This document shows, piece by piece, positions 30,133 to 45,200 of a DNA stretch of 64,000 nucleotides (positions are counted from its first letter, which is position 1; the number at the start of each line of letters is the position of its first letter). The notes beneath the pieces are model-generated. The model did no database searches. It had not been told where the DNA came from and saw only the letters and a program-made list of their open reading frames with translations. Source of the DNA: Macrostomum lignano (Eukaryota). A program made the translations under genes and the position numbers. The stretch spans positions 1 to 64,000 of the forward strand of contig NIVC01002352.1 in the NCBI GenBank assembly GCA_002269645.1, given 5' to 3'.

Positions 30133-33100
30133 ATGTCTTCAGTCACTGTCATCTCATCGAACGTTGACGAGCTCGCCATCAACATGGCGTCCTCGCCTGC
30201 GGCGGAAGCCGAACTGGAGGACTCGGTCAGCCCGGTGTTTCCAGCCGATGGTCACCTGGGCTTCCAGCTAGCCACCACGGTGCTCGCCTTCTACCTGACT
30301 GGCTTCGTCTCCATCCTGGGCATCATCGGCAACGCGCTGTCCTTCGTGGTCCTCCAGCGAGCCAGCCGGCCGCGCCGCTGCCCGCTGTTCACCATCCTCT
30401 CCGCCCTTTGCCTCGTGGACGCCGTCTTCATCCTGGGCAATTTCCTCATCAACGTGCTTGGTGTTTTCTACGAGTACCACCAGGTGGGCAGCCGGCTGCT
30501 GTACGACCTGTACCTGACCCACGGCTACGCGGTGAAGTACGTCATGCCCGTGTGCTACACCATGCAGATGGCCTCCATCTACATCACGCTGCTGGTGTCG
30601 TTCGAGCGCTACAACGCCGTCTGCCGTCCGTTGTCCGTCGCCCGCGGCGCAAACGCCGAGCCGCCGTCCAGTCGGTCGGTGCTGCGCAACATCGGCCTGG
30701 TGCTGCTGTTCAGCGGCATCTACAATGCGCCGAAGTACTTCGAGCTGGTTGTTGACACCTGCGAGGTTGGCGAGGAGCTGCAGGCGGACGAGAAGCAGAA
30801 GCAGCTGCTGATGCGGCGGTCGCTGAGCCTGTTCGGCTGCTACCACTCGGTCAATGAGACCGGCGGCCCGGCCAGTTGCAGGCCCTACAAATTCACTTAT
30901 AAACCTGCGGACTGGCTACGGCATGGCAACGACACGGCAACCGGCCTGTACGAGATCGCGTACACCGGCGTGATGTACACGATCTTCTACTTCGTTGTCC
31001 CGGTCGCCGCGATCACCGCCTCCAATGTGAGAATCGCAGTCTGCCTGAGGCGGAACATCAAAGCGTGGCGAAGTGCCGGCAGAAACCAGGAGAAAGAGGT
31101 TGGTCTGGCGGAATCTGTTTGCATGATTGTTTTTTGTTTACTGTTTACTGTTTATTGTTATGAAACGTTTGGGTTTTTTCGCGTGTTTACTGTCGGCTTG
31201 TCTGTCTGTTAAGATGTCCCACAGCTAGCGGTAATAATAATGATAATAATAATAGTTGATTACACCTGCCCTAATGGCCAGATGTGCAACCGACAGCTCA
31301 GCCGCAGCTATTGCGCGGCGCATCTGGAGGCTGCGTACGGCTGTTCAGTCCAAAGACTGGGGGGTCGCCACACACCCTCAATTACCCCAGCTAATGCTGG
31401 CACCCATTTTACAGCTGGGTGAACTGAAGCAATGCAGAGTAGGATCGGGAAACGAACCCCCGACCTTCAAGTCGCGAGTCCGACGCTCTAACCACTAGGC
31501 TAAAATCCCATTAGCACGCACTTGTTCACACGCTCACTCAGGGTGCACAGCGGTCCCGGCTTTCTAATCATCAGGCATGTACACTTTCTGTGCCTTGGTG
31601 GTTGGCCCTCGCGGATGAGAATCGCACGACAGACCCCCCCGAAGGTTGTTCATCCGCCTAAGGAAGAATAGTTTGTTTTTTCTCTGAAGTCCTTGTCCCA
31701 TTAGCTCGCATGTAAGGCCTTACGCTGCTTGATAAGCTGTCCTTTTAAATCAGTTACGGGGCGTATCAGCGGAGGCGATCTCCGGGAATCTAGGTTAACC
31801 TGACTTGAAGGGGTCAGACAGCCCCCCTGTCTGACGGGTTCCAGTAAGAACTCGATTTCAGTTAAAAAGTTTTTTCTCAACTGATCGGAAACTGACAGCG
31901 AACGTCACCTCGGCTCTGTCTTGTTAGCGCTTAGCAACTGAAAATGAAGGCTGCACAGTCCTGGATTAGTGGATTAAGTACTCCCAATCCCAGTTCCCAC
32001 GGCCCTAATCCAGAATAAGTCGGGAGGAACCAAAAAGCACGCCGAGGCGGGCCGCAAATCCTTCAGACTTGAGAGACTCGAGAGGGGGAGTGAGGGGGGA
32101 GAGATTGAGGAGCGATAGAGACGGGGAAGGTCCCAAGTCTTTCTCCGGACTTTTTAATTCTTTTCTACCAACTCCACCCACTTGAAACTGGGCGGGCTTG
32201 ATTCTACTGAGTGCTTTGCGCGCGAAGCTAAACTGCCTGATAGAATGCCGGCGCATGGGGGAAGTAATCTGCATTCAGCTTTTGCATGGGTGGCTTTTTT
32301 GCTAAACAAAACTTGACGAGGAAAGTTTATTTGCTAATGTGTCGGCGCATGCAACGGTTCCGTGATGCTGCTGAGCAAGTTGGCTCGATTGAATTCCTTC
32401 CTGAGAATGCTGAACTGCTGGCTGAACTTCTGGCTGGGGAGTGAGGGGACTGGGGAGTGAGGTGGCTGGGGAGTGAGGTGGTTGGGGAGTGAGGTGACTG
32501 GGGAGTGAAGTGACTGGGGAGTGAGGTGATTGGGGAGTGAGGTGGTTGGGGAGTGAGGTGGTTGGGGAGTGAGGTGGTTGGGGAGTGAGGTGGTTGGAGA
32601 GTGAGGTGGTTGGGGAGTGAGGTGGTTGGGGAGTGAGGTGGTTGGGGAGTGAGGTGGTTGGGGAGTGAGGTGGTTGGGGAGTGAGGTGGTTGGGGAGTGA
32701 GGTGGTTGGGAGTGAGGTGGTTGGGGAGTGAGGTGGTTGGGGAGTGAGGTGGTTGGGGAGTGAGGTGGTTGGGGAGTGAGGTGGTTGGGGAGTGAGGTGG
32801 CTAAGTATGTCAATCTGTCAAAAGCACCAACTCCCCAACTGACAGGTGCAATTAACCTTCGTTTCGATGGCGATAGTGCTGAGTTTTTACCTGTTCATGC
32901 TGCCCAACGTCATCCTGACCACCGTGGACGTGCTGGGTGATTCCGCCTTGGGCGAGCGATACGCAGCTCAGCTGGCGATTGCGGCCACCAACTTCCTGGT
33001 CCTCATCAACTCCTGCCTGAACTTCGTTCTCTACTGTCTCATTGGCAAGCGGTTTCGCCAAGGACTGCGGGACCTCCTTTGCCTGTGGCGGCGGCGACCA

Positions 33101-33199
33101 GGGCCTGCGCGGGGCCAGGCGGGCCTGAACTCGATTGTCCACGCCGACGGAAGCCGGCGGGAGAACCTTGAGATGCAACCGTTGCGACTGACTGACTGA
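30133..33199 (+). CDS. Rhodopsin-family neuropeptide GPCR (FMRFamide/peptide-receptor-like), 439 aa
   Basis: Exons 30133-31098 and 32846-33199 (phase 0, EKE|VQLT). TM1 GIIGNALSFVVL, TM2 LCLVDAVF, TM3 LLVSFERYNAVCRPL, TM4 YNAPKYFE, TM5 FYFVVP, TM6 LFMLPN, TM7 INSCLNFVLYCLIGKRFR. The ligand cannot be assigned. Confidence 0.9.
31232..31502 (-). mobile_element. tRNA-derived SINE, internally deleted copy, in the GPCR intron
   Basis: Reverse complement is nearly colinear with 46360-46645 (A/B boxes, body, CAACTATTATT tail) but lacks ~40 nt after the B-box. Confidence 0.85.
32435..32802. repeat. 16-bp GGGGAGTGAGGTGGTT array
   Basis: Direct reading. Ends ~45 nt before the GPCR exon 2 acceptor. Confidence 0.95.
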
Positions 33200-34199
33200 C
33201 TGACTGACTGACTGACTGACTGACTGACTGACTGACTGACTGACTGACTGACTGACTGACTGACTGACTGACTGACTGACTGACTGACTGACTGACTGAC
33301 TGACTGACTGACTGACTGACTGACTGACTGACTGACTGACTGACTGACTGACTGACTGACTGACTGACTGACTGACTGACTGACTGACTGACTGACTGAC
33401 TGACTGACTGACTGACTGACTGACTGACTGACTGACTGACTGACTGACTGACTGACTGACTGACTGACTGACTGACTGACTGACTGACTGACTGACTGAC
33501 TGACTGACTGACTGACTGACTGACTGACTGACTGACTGACTGACTGACTGACTGACTGACTGACTGACTGACTGACTGACTGACTGACTGACTGACTGAC
33601 TGACTGACTGACTGACTGACTGACTGACTGACTGACTGACTGACTGACTGACTGACTGACTGACTGACTGACTGACTGACTGACTGACTGACTGACTGAC
33701 TGACTGACTGACTGACTGACTGACTGACTGACTGACTGACTGACTGACTGACTGACTGACTGACTGACTGACTGACTGACTGACTGACTGACTGACTGAC
33801 TGACTGACTGACTGACTGACTGACTGACTGACTGACTGACTGACTGACTGACTGACTGACTGACTGACTGACTGACTGACTGACTGACTGACTGACTGAC
33901 TGACTGACTGACTGACTGACTGACTGACTGACTGACTGACTGACTGACTGACTCGACTGACTGACTGACTGACTGACTCGACTGACTGACTGACTGACTG
34001 ACTGACTCGACTGACTGACTGACTGACTGACTGACTGACTGACTGACTGACTGACTGACTGACTGACTGACTGACTGACTGACTGACTGACTGACTGACT
34101 GACTGACTGACTGACTGACTGACTGACTGACTGACTGACTGACTGACTGACTGACTGACTGACTGACTGACTGACTGACTGACTGACTGACTGACTGAC
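33186..34199. repeat. ~1-kb (GACT)n microsatellite overlapping the GPCR stop
   Basis: Direct reading. Confidence 0.98.
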
Positions 34200-34743
34200 C
34201 TCAAAGCAGAAATAGCCGCAGCACTGTCTACATAAAACAATTTAAACTCCGCAAAAACTGCAGTTCCTTTTTACAATAAACTTCGTACCTGCATACCTAA
34301 AGTCTGGGTTGGAATTTTTATATTCATTCATTGGTGAAAAGGAAGTCCTTGCGGGTCAAGTCTCGCATGGCAGATCAGACAGAAGAATGTATTGGTTTGA
34401 GCACAACAAGGGAAGATTGATCAGGCTGAGCTTCGGTTTCAATGCTGTCGTCGTGAGAGTTGCAGTGAGTAAGTGACAGAGCAGCTACAGTGAAACTTTC
34501 TGATTGAGTTTCTTCTCCATGGAAAAGCTTTCTTTAGCAGATGCACTTCAGTTACGCCGGCATCCAACCAGCTGCGACTCATTCAGGCAAGCGCAAGGCT
34601 GCGCTGTGAAAGGCTTGACTGAAACTCGCAGCTGATCGGGAAACTGCACTAACTGCCTGCCGCTTTGACTCCCGGTTGGGGACTCGCTTGGCTTCCGGGG
34701 ACTGGCTGCGTCTCTCAGGAATGCAGACAGCTATTATCAGGAT

Positions 34744-37220
<2,477 letters not shown>

Positions 37221-38610
37221 GACACACCTAAAGGTGTGACGGTGTGACGCTTAGGTGTGACGCTTGCATCAGTGCAAGTTCACAAGACATTACTGCAAGC
37301 ATGCAGTCTCTCGCAGCTTGTTCCCCTTCTCCTATGCATTTTGTCTGTCTGAAGGGATTTTTGTTGAGGATATTTTTCAAAAAGTCTGCGTACATGCACG
37401 CGTTAGGCTTTCCATACTGGAGTGTCTCGTGATATGAATTCGACCGTATCGTCTTCCCTTGGAATTCTAAACAAAAAATTTCCTACCACTTTGTTTACCT
37501 TTGAGGTGAAATAGAAAACCTCGGACCGACTCGATTCAGGAAGTAGCGACGATTCACATCGGGGATTTCCGGGTTGCTATGAGAAATACTGCGTGAACTG
37601 CTCAAGCCTGAGATCCGAGTCTTGCGCTCGGGCCGGAAGAATGCCTGCTTGCTGCTGATAGCAGATATTTTTTGGATAAGAAGCTATGACTGCTTTGCTA
37701 AGTTTTTATTCAAAGCTTTTTTCCAGTTCAGCCCACAGGCACCGCTGCTAAAGCACCATATGGGCCCTTAGTTAATGATACTACTTCCAGTTGGGCATCT
37801 GTTCTGAGTTTTTAGTATTAATTTATGTAAAACACTAGAATTTCTGACTTTTAGGCCTGCAGAATTTTATTAGTGCATTAGATGAACTTGCACTGGCTTA
37901 GCATGTTTGTAAATATAATAAAGTCCTTGGCGATGTGACTTTGTGATACTGAGCTTTCAACGATAGTCACCCGGTGCCATCTGTTGAAGGTGCCGACATC
38001 GTCGGGGTGAAGACGGTATGCTTGAGAGTCTAGTTGAAGATGTCCAGCAGTTGAGGCTTGCCCACTGTCAAGCCTTCATGGAAGACACCGGAGACATTCG
38101 CAACAGGGTCTCCATAGTCATCTGGTGCAAACTGTTGAAGGTCCAGAAGCTCCGTATGGGTAAAAAGTTATGCCGTGTTCTGGAATTTATTGCAGAAAAA
38201 TTATTGCAGGAAATCCCCTCCACAGGCATGCATGCATCTCCAGGGATCATAATTTTCCAATTCGTTCCACTTTGACTTCGACTTTGTTCAAACTTGACAC
38301 TACACTACACTACAAAACACGACACTGCAAATGCACCGCAAAAGTGCTTCAGAATCAAAACATTCAGATTCAAAGTAAAGCAAACAGTCAATTTTTGTTA
38401 GTGTTCTACAGCTGCACACTGCAAGTTTTAAAATTTGTTTTACTAAGACCGTCAAAAATCTTGCAGCAGGCCCGTAGAAGGCAGGTCCCCCTAGATTTCC
38501 AGCACTCAACAGCCCCTCCAATCCGCCCGATAGTCCGGCTCCGCTCCAGCTAAGAGCCGCCAAAGTGCACTTGCACTAAACAAAACAAGCAGTTATTGAC
38601 TGTTCCACTC

Positions 38611-38674
38611 ATTGGTTATCTGGGCGCCCCCCCCAGCCCCGGCCTGCTGATACTGAAGCGGGATGGCTATAAAA
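38611..38674 (+). promoter_or_regulatory. Core promoter candidate of the Maf gene
   Basis: Inverted CCAAT (ATTGG 38611-38615) and TATAAAA (38668-38674), ~95 nt before an ATG in good context (GCCATG). Confidence 0.5.
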
Positions 38675-38768
38675 CCCGTCAGGCCTGGGGTCAGGCGCCA
38701 GAGGCTTCACGCACAGTCTGCACAGAGCCGAAGGCGCGCCAGCGATCAAATTCAGTCAAATACAAGCC

Positions 38769-39494
38769 ATGTCATTTTTTAATCTGCAGAACATGCCAGA
38801 CCTGGTCGAACCGGACGATGGCACCCTGCTGTGCGACCTGCTGTCCGACTTCACTTCGCCGACTGTGAGCCCCGGCAACAACGCCGGCAGTTCGGTGTCG
38901 TCTCCAGCCTCCGCCACCGCCTTCACTTATCCTCCAGCCCCGCCTCTGCAGCCTCAGCAGCAGCAGCCTCAGCAGCAGCAGCAGGACTGGCCACCGCCGC
39001 TGGATCCCGAGCTCTGGACCGCTGCCGTCAAGCCAGGCAACTTTGATGACCGCTACGACTTCGATTGCAGCTTCTTTGAAAAGTCGCCGCCGCCGCCGCC
39101 GCCGCCGCCGACACTGCAGCAGGCGCTGCTGCCCCCGCCGCCGTCTGCAACGCCGCCAGCGGCCGCGCCAGCTCCGGCTCCGACTGACTTGGAGCTGGTC
39201 TCACTGAGCATCCGCGAATTGAACGCCCGGCTTCGCAGCCTTCCCCGAGCGACGGTGCAGCGGTTGAAGCGGCGCCGGCGGACGCTGAAGAACCGGCGCT
39301 ACGCTCAGACCTGCCGGCAGCGACGGCACAGCGCCCAGACCGAGCTGGCCAACGAGAGCGCCGGGCTGGTGAGCAGGCTGGACAGCCTGCGCCAGCAGCT
39401 GGAGTCGGTGACGCGCGAGCGGGACAAGTACCGCCGCTGCCTGGAGGAGCTGCTGAGCGACGAGAAACGAAAGTGCAAAGGCTGGTCTGGGTGA
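38769..39494 (+). CDS. MAF: Maf-family bZIP transcription factor (large-Maf-like), intronless, 241 aa
   Basis: Extended homology region ELVSLSIRELNARLR, basic region RLKRRRRTLKNRRYAQTCR (Maf RxxxNxxYAxxCR), zipper ending ERDKYR, and a P/Q/S-rich N-terminus with DFDCSFFEK. AATAAA is at ~39798. Confidence 0.9.
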   Translation: MSFFNLQNMPDLVEPDDGTLLCDLLSDFTSPTVSPGNNAGSSVSSPASATAFTYPPAPPLQPQQQQPQQQQQDWPPPLDPELWTAAVKPGNFDDRYDFDCSFFEKSPPPPPPPPTLQQALLPPPPSATPPAAAPAPAPTDLELVSLSIRELNARLRSLPRATVQRLKRRRRTLKNRRYAQTCRQRRHSAQTELANESAGLVSRLDSLRQQLESVTRERDKYRRCLEELLSDEKRKCKGWSG

Positions 39495-42245
39495 TCCCGA
39501 AGACCAGCTCAGGCCAACTGTTGGCTCTGTGTACTCTGTAGTGCCGATAATTCCATCGCACGTTCGTCTGCATTTTTTCCCGAGTTGCTGCTTGACTCCG
39601 CGAATAACTTTTAGCTGGAACTGCAGGGGTGTCGCCCGCCTGGCCTTTGTCGTTAATCAATTCGAGTGTTACCGAGCTGTTCAGTTCAAATTCTATACGG
39701 TGTTTAGTTTGTTAGTCCCTGTTGCGTAGTCATTTATCGCCATGTCATTGCGCGCTTTGTATACTCTAAAAGACTAATTCCCAAATGTTTGTTATAATAA
39801 TAAAATTTGTCATTGAGTCATTGACGGTCATTTGTCATTCTGATTGCGTCAATTTTTGGAAATTACGTGGCCAAGCAGTAGATAATAGTTAGTTTGACAA
39901 AAAGCACACAAGTTTTTCGAGAGTCAGACAGAGAGATATATAGTGCAGATGCACCTGCTGCACGCAATCGTTCTGCTGTGGGAGTTTAATTTTGCATTTT
40001 AATCGGGCTCCAAGGTCCCTCGGACTCCAACAGTATTGGCTGCACAGCCCGCGCCTCTGCAAGACTGCAGACGCAATACAAGAAGAGATAAAACGCAGCT
40101 AAAGTTTAAAATAAAGCCCTGAACTTATAGGACCGTCTGGTTACACAGTAAGGAGACTCGATCCTTTCTTTCTTCTTTCTTAATTTCTTTCTCTATCATT
40201 GGAATCATGGCGCTAGATACAGATATACGCAACCGCAAGTGAAGAACTCTGTGTTTTTGGCCAAGATTACCAGCGCAAAGAATTTTTTTTCAACAGAGCC
40301 AAGTTTGCGCATAAAAAAATTCCGACCGACAACTGTCAGCTGATACCGCGAATGCCCGCCTCTAAACATGTCAAGTGCGGCTGCACCAAACAGTTGACAG
40401 ATTGTTATTGCCTCTCTTGCACCGGGCCTATAAAAAAGGAATGCTAAATGAGAGGCCCGTCTGTCTGAGTCTGGCTAGCTAAGATATTGAAGGCGCTGCC
40501 GCCTTGGATGTGAGTCGGAACCTGACCGCCCCCAGCCTCTCTGTGTTTTTTGATGTCTTCATCATTTATCGCTAAGTGCTCGATATCCGGTCCGTATGTG
40601 ACCCGCAAAAATAGCTGAAAAGGCCGTGTTTACAGTGTCAGGGTAAATTTGCATTGGTTCAAGCTCATCAGCTTATCACTATTGAGGCAAATTTGCAAAT
40701 CCAAGCTATTCTACATGTCACGTACTTGTTTACGTGGCGAATTAAATTTTACTTGTACGTGTAATTATTAATTGCATTGAAATCAGTGGTCCTCAAAATC
40801 AGTGATCAATGTTATTTATTTCGGTCATGCCACACCGCAGTATTGGGAGCTGTTATGTACTTATTCATCCCGCTCAAGCATTTTAAATGTATAGAGAATC
40901 CCGAGAACAATGAATCAATACACATGTTGACGCGTTTGAATAGTACGGCTCGTAATTTACAATGTTACATACTGTACATGTAATCCCATCTGCTCTACAT
41001 GTGCATGCATTGTAAAGTCTTTATTAACAAAGCAGCTCTGCGTATATTTCTCTTACACTGTATTAGTAATACCGATCTTTTCGGTATTACATTGTTATTT
41101 ATTTCTGTACATATATGAATTAATTTATACATTTCTAACATTTCTAACATTTTAAGAAGATATTAGTTCTTACAGAATGGTTCAATGAACAGAAAATCTG
41201 AAATAATGTAGAGAACAAGGAAGATTTGCTCAATTAGGGACTCAATTCTTCCTTGGTAGAGACAGTGAAAAACCCCGATCATTTAGTAAGTCAGGGATAT
41301 GGCAACAATTAAATGATATGGCGATTTGAAGCCCGTTGGTTTTACATTCACTGAGTTTAACAAACTTTATGAATCTGGGGCTTATATTTGTGATATGATC
41401 AATATTATCTAGTAAATAAAAAGTAAATTTCTGTAAACCTTAAGTATTAGGATTCTTTTTGCAATTTAAAAATTTCAAAAAGAGTCTACTCCTTATTTTA
41501 ACATGTTCATTGGGCTGTAATTTTTTAGTAGCCGGACACGTTTTGATATATTAAAAATAATCTCCGAACAGTTTGAAAGCCAAGTTTATGGATACATTGA
41601 CAGAAAAATATTAAAACCCATCAAAATTTTTTTGCAACAACCTATTTAATAATGATCAAGTGTCTTCGTAATTTATTTATTTCTGGTTTTATTAATAAAA
41701 CCAGATAAAGCGACATATTTTTCAAAAAAATTGTCGCTACTTCACCCACTATGCGCTTATCGTTGTCAGTGCGTAATAAACTACATGTTATTGAAGTCAT
41801 TCATGTTTATGTAGAAACGTATGTATGTAATTATGATTGTGGTTAAGTGACATATACTTCGAGTCATTTATAGGGTAGTTATAGTTTATAGGCCTAACCC
41901 TTATATATATAATATATAGATGCTTAACAACTTTTTCTAAACTTTTGAAATTTTGAAAGTTATTTTTTAATTAAACTTCCTTTGATTTTTTACTATTTAT
42001 AGATTTTATTAGCAGGATTTCATTTTAAGTAGTTTTTAATTATCATGCTTTGTTTATTTATTCGACGATAATCAATGAGGTACTAAATTATTTTCTCCAT
42101 TAAGTTGTCTACTTAAATTTTTTCCATATTCAAAAAATAATTTATTTATCAAAAAATTAATGTTGCATATTATTTAAACAATTCTGAATGTTTAAATCTA
42201 ACAGAGAGCAAAATTTAAATGCATGCATGTTAAAATAAAGCTGAT

Positions 42246-45200
42246 ATGCTGTCTTCCAACATCGAAGAATCAACTGAAAATATTGAGCCGGCCGTGATCA
42301 TTATGACAAGTAAGGCATAGACAGTTTAATTTTTCCTTTTATTTTTGTTTTTTTTAACTATTTCTTTAAATTTTTTTACAGTTTACAGTGCACTCAACTT
42401 GCCCGTTCCTGTTGATGAAACAACAGGTAAGGTCAGCTGTTTTAACTGATACGAAGAGTACGAGGTATTCGTGTTTAGCCTTGGGTGCTGTTGTTTTATT
42501 AATATTATTTTCATTGTTTCCAGTGAAAAAGAAAGCGAAATGGCAGGTCACGTGTTATCAAGGTGAAAAGTTGAAATTTTCTAGCCGCTCAGTGTCTGAC
42601 GCGTCGGGCAACCCCAAGTGGGAGATCACCGAGGCCATGTGAGTACTGATTGAATTTGGCATTTTCCAGTTCTCTAATCTAAAAGCAAATAAAAACTAAA
42701 GCTAAGCAACCTGAATTGCGCCCAGCGAGCTCGGCGAATCCCAGCAGCCGCTGACGCTGCGCCTGCTCAGCCGCGGTCGCCTCCTGGGGCAGGCGGAGCT
42801 GCCGCTGTCTCTCGTGCCAAGCAGCGAGGACGCCGCATTGCCGACCGACGCCGCTCTGCTGCCGCTGCCCGGAGCCAACGGCGTCGGCCGCGCCGTCCTC
42901 CGCTACCGCTGCTGGGTGGCAGCCACGCGGCGGCGGCGCAAACTTGAGTCGCGCGGCGCCCGCAGCGGCGCCCAAGGCCGTCGACAATCGGCGCCCGCCG
43001 TTCGCTTCGTTTGGCGCCGTCTGGGCCGACGACACGACACGACGAAGACACCCGACGATGACAAAGACATTGATGAAGGCGTTGAAGAAGACGAAGTTGA
43101 CGATGCGCTGTCGCCGCTACCGTCGAAGGGCGGCGTAGCCGGGGTCGGCGAGGTCAACGGGCGACTCGCCGCTGTGGTCAGCAGCGGCGATGAAGGTGAG
43201 AGACTGGGCCGGTTTTTCCTCAGCACGCAGCCACAGGTGGCGCTATTTTTGACGCTGTCTGACACTGGAGTTTGTGCTCCTGTACAATAGTGAGTGCAAC
43301 CCCTGACACTGGAGTTTGTGCTCCTGTACAATAGTGAGTGCAACCCCTGACACTGGAGTTTGTGCTCCTGTACAATAGTGAGTGCAACCCCTGACACTGG
43401 AGTTTGTGCTCCTGTACAATAGTGAGTGCAACCCCTGACACTGGAGTTTGTGCTCCTGTACAATAGTGAGTGCAACCCCTGACACTGGAGTTTGTGCTCC
43501 TGTACAATAGTGAGTGCAACCCCTGACACTGGAGTTTGTGCTCCTGTACAATAGTGAGTGCAACCCCTGACACTGGAGTTTGTGCTCCTGTACAATAGTG
43601 AGTGCAACCCCTGACACTGGAGTTTGTGCTCCTGTACAATAGTGAGTGCAACCCCTGACACTGGAGTTTGTGCTCCTGTACAATAGTGAGTGCAACCCCT
43701 GACACTGGAGTTTGTGCTCCTGTACAATAGTGAGTGCAACCCCTGACACTGGAGTTTGTGCTCCTGTACAATAGTGAGTGCAACCCCTGACACTGGAGTT
43801 TGTGCTCCTGTACAATAGTGAGTGCAACCCCTGACACTGGAGTTTGTGCTCCTGTACAATAGTGAGTGCAACCCCTGACACTGGAGTTTGTGCTCCTGTA
43901 CAATAGTGAGTGCAACCCCTGACACTGGAGTTTGTGCTCCTGTACAATAGTGAGTGCAACCCCTGACACTGGAGTTTGTGCTCCTGTACAATAGTGAGTG
44001 CAACCCCTGACACTGGAGTTTGTGCTCCTGTACAATAGTGAGTGCAACCCCTGACACTGGAGTTTGTGCTCCTGTACAATAGTGAGTGCAACCCCTGACA
44101 CTGGAGTTTGTGCTCCTGTACAATAGTGAGTGCAACCCCTGACACTGGAGTTTGTGCTCCTGTACAATAGTGAGTGCAACCCCTGACACTGGAGTTTGTG
44201 CTCCTGTACAATAGTGAGTGCAACCCCTGACACTGGAGTTTGTGCTCCTGTACAATAGTGAGTGCAACCCCTGACACTGGAGTTTGTGCTCCTGTACAAT
44301 AGTGAGTGCAACCCCTGACACTGGAGTTTGTGCTCCTGTACAATAGTGAGTGCAACCCCTGACACTGGAGTTTGTGCTCCTGTACAATAGTGAGTGCAAC
44401 CCCTGACACTGGAGTTTGTGCTCCTGTACAATAGTGAGTGCAACCCCTGACACTGGAGTTTGTGCTCCTGTACAATAGTGAGTGCAACCCCTGACACTGG
44501 AGTTTGTGCTCCTGTACAATAGTGAGTGCAACCCCTGACACTGGAGTTTGTGCTCCTGTACAATAGTGAGTGCAACCCCTGACACTGGAGTTTGTGCTCC
44601 TGTACAATAGTGAGTGCAACCCCTGACACTGGAGTTTGTGCTCCTGTACAATAGTGAGTGCAACCCCTGACACTGGAGCTTGTGCTCCTGTACAATAGTG
44701 AGTGCAACCCCTGACACTGAAGCAGATGTTCCTGACACTAAAATTGCTGCCACTGATACTAAAATGAACACCCATGATGCTAAAATCGGTGACTTTTCTG
44801 ACAGTTAAATCGGCCCCTCTGCTGACACTAAAATCGGCCCCTCTGCTGACACTAAAATCAGCCCCTCTGCTGACACTAAATTCGGCCCCTCTGCTGACAC
44901 TAAATTCGGCCCCTCTGCTGACACTAAAATCGGCCCCTCTGCTGACACTAAAATCGGCCCCTCCGCTGACACTAAAATCAGCCCCTCTGCTGACACTAAA
45001 ATCGGCCCTTCTGCTGACACTAAAATCGGCCCCTCTGCTGACACTAAAATCAGCCCCTCTGCTGACACTAAAATCGGCCCCTCTGCTGACACTAAAATCG
45101 GCCCCTCTGCTGACACTAAAATCGGCCCCTCTGCCGACACTAAAATCAGCCCCTCTGCTGACACTAAAATCGGCCCCTCTGCTGACACTAAAATCGGCCC

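Noticed and set aside
31561-31574. Hammerhead-like CTGATGA-TTA-GAAA on the minus strand
   Set aside because: No NUH cleavage site with a closing stem I can be built, and the motif is absent from the homologous copy at 247-333.
43259-44718. CRISPR-like appearance of regular 30-44-bp arrays
   Set aside because: Units are contiguous with no unique spacers, there are no cas genes, and the context is eukaryotic.
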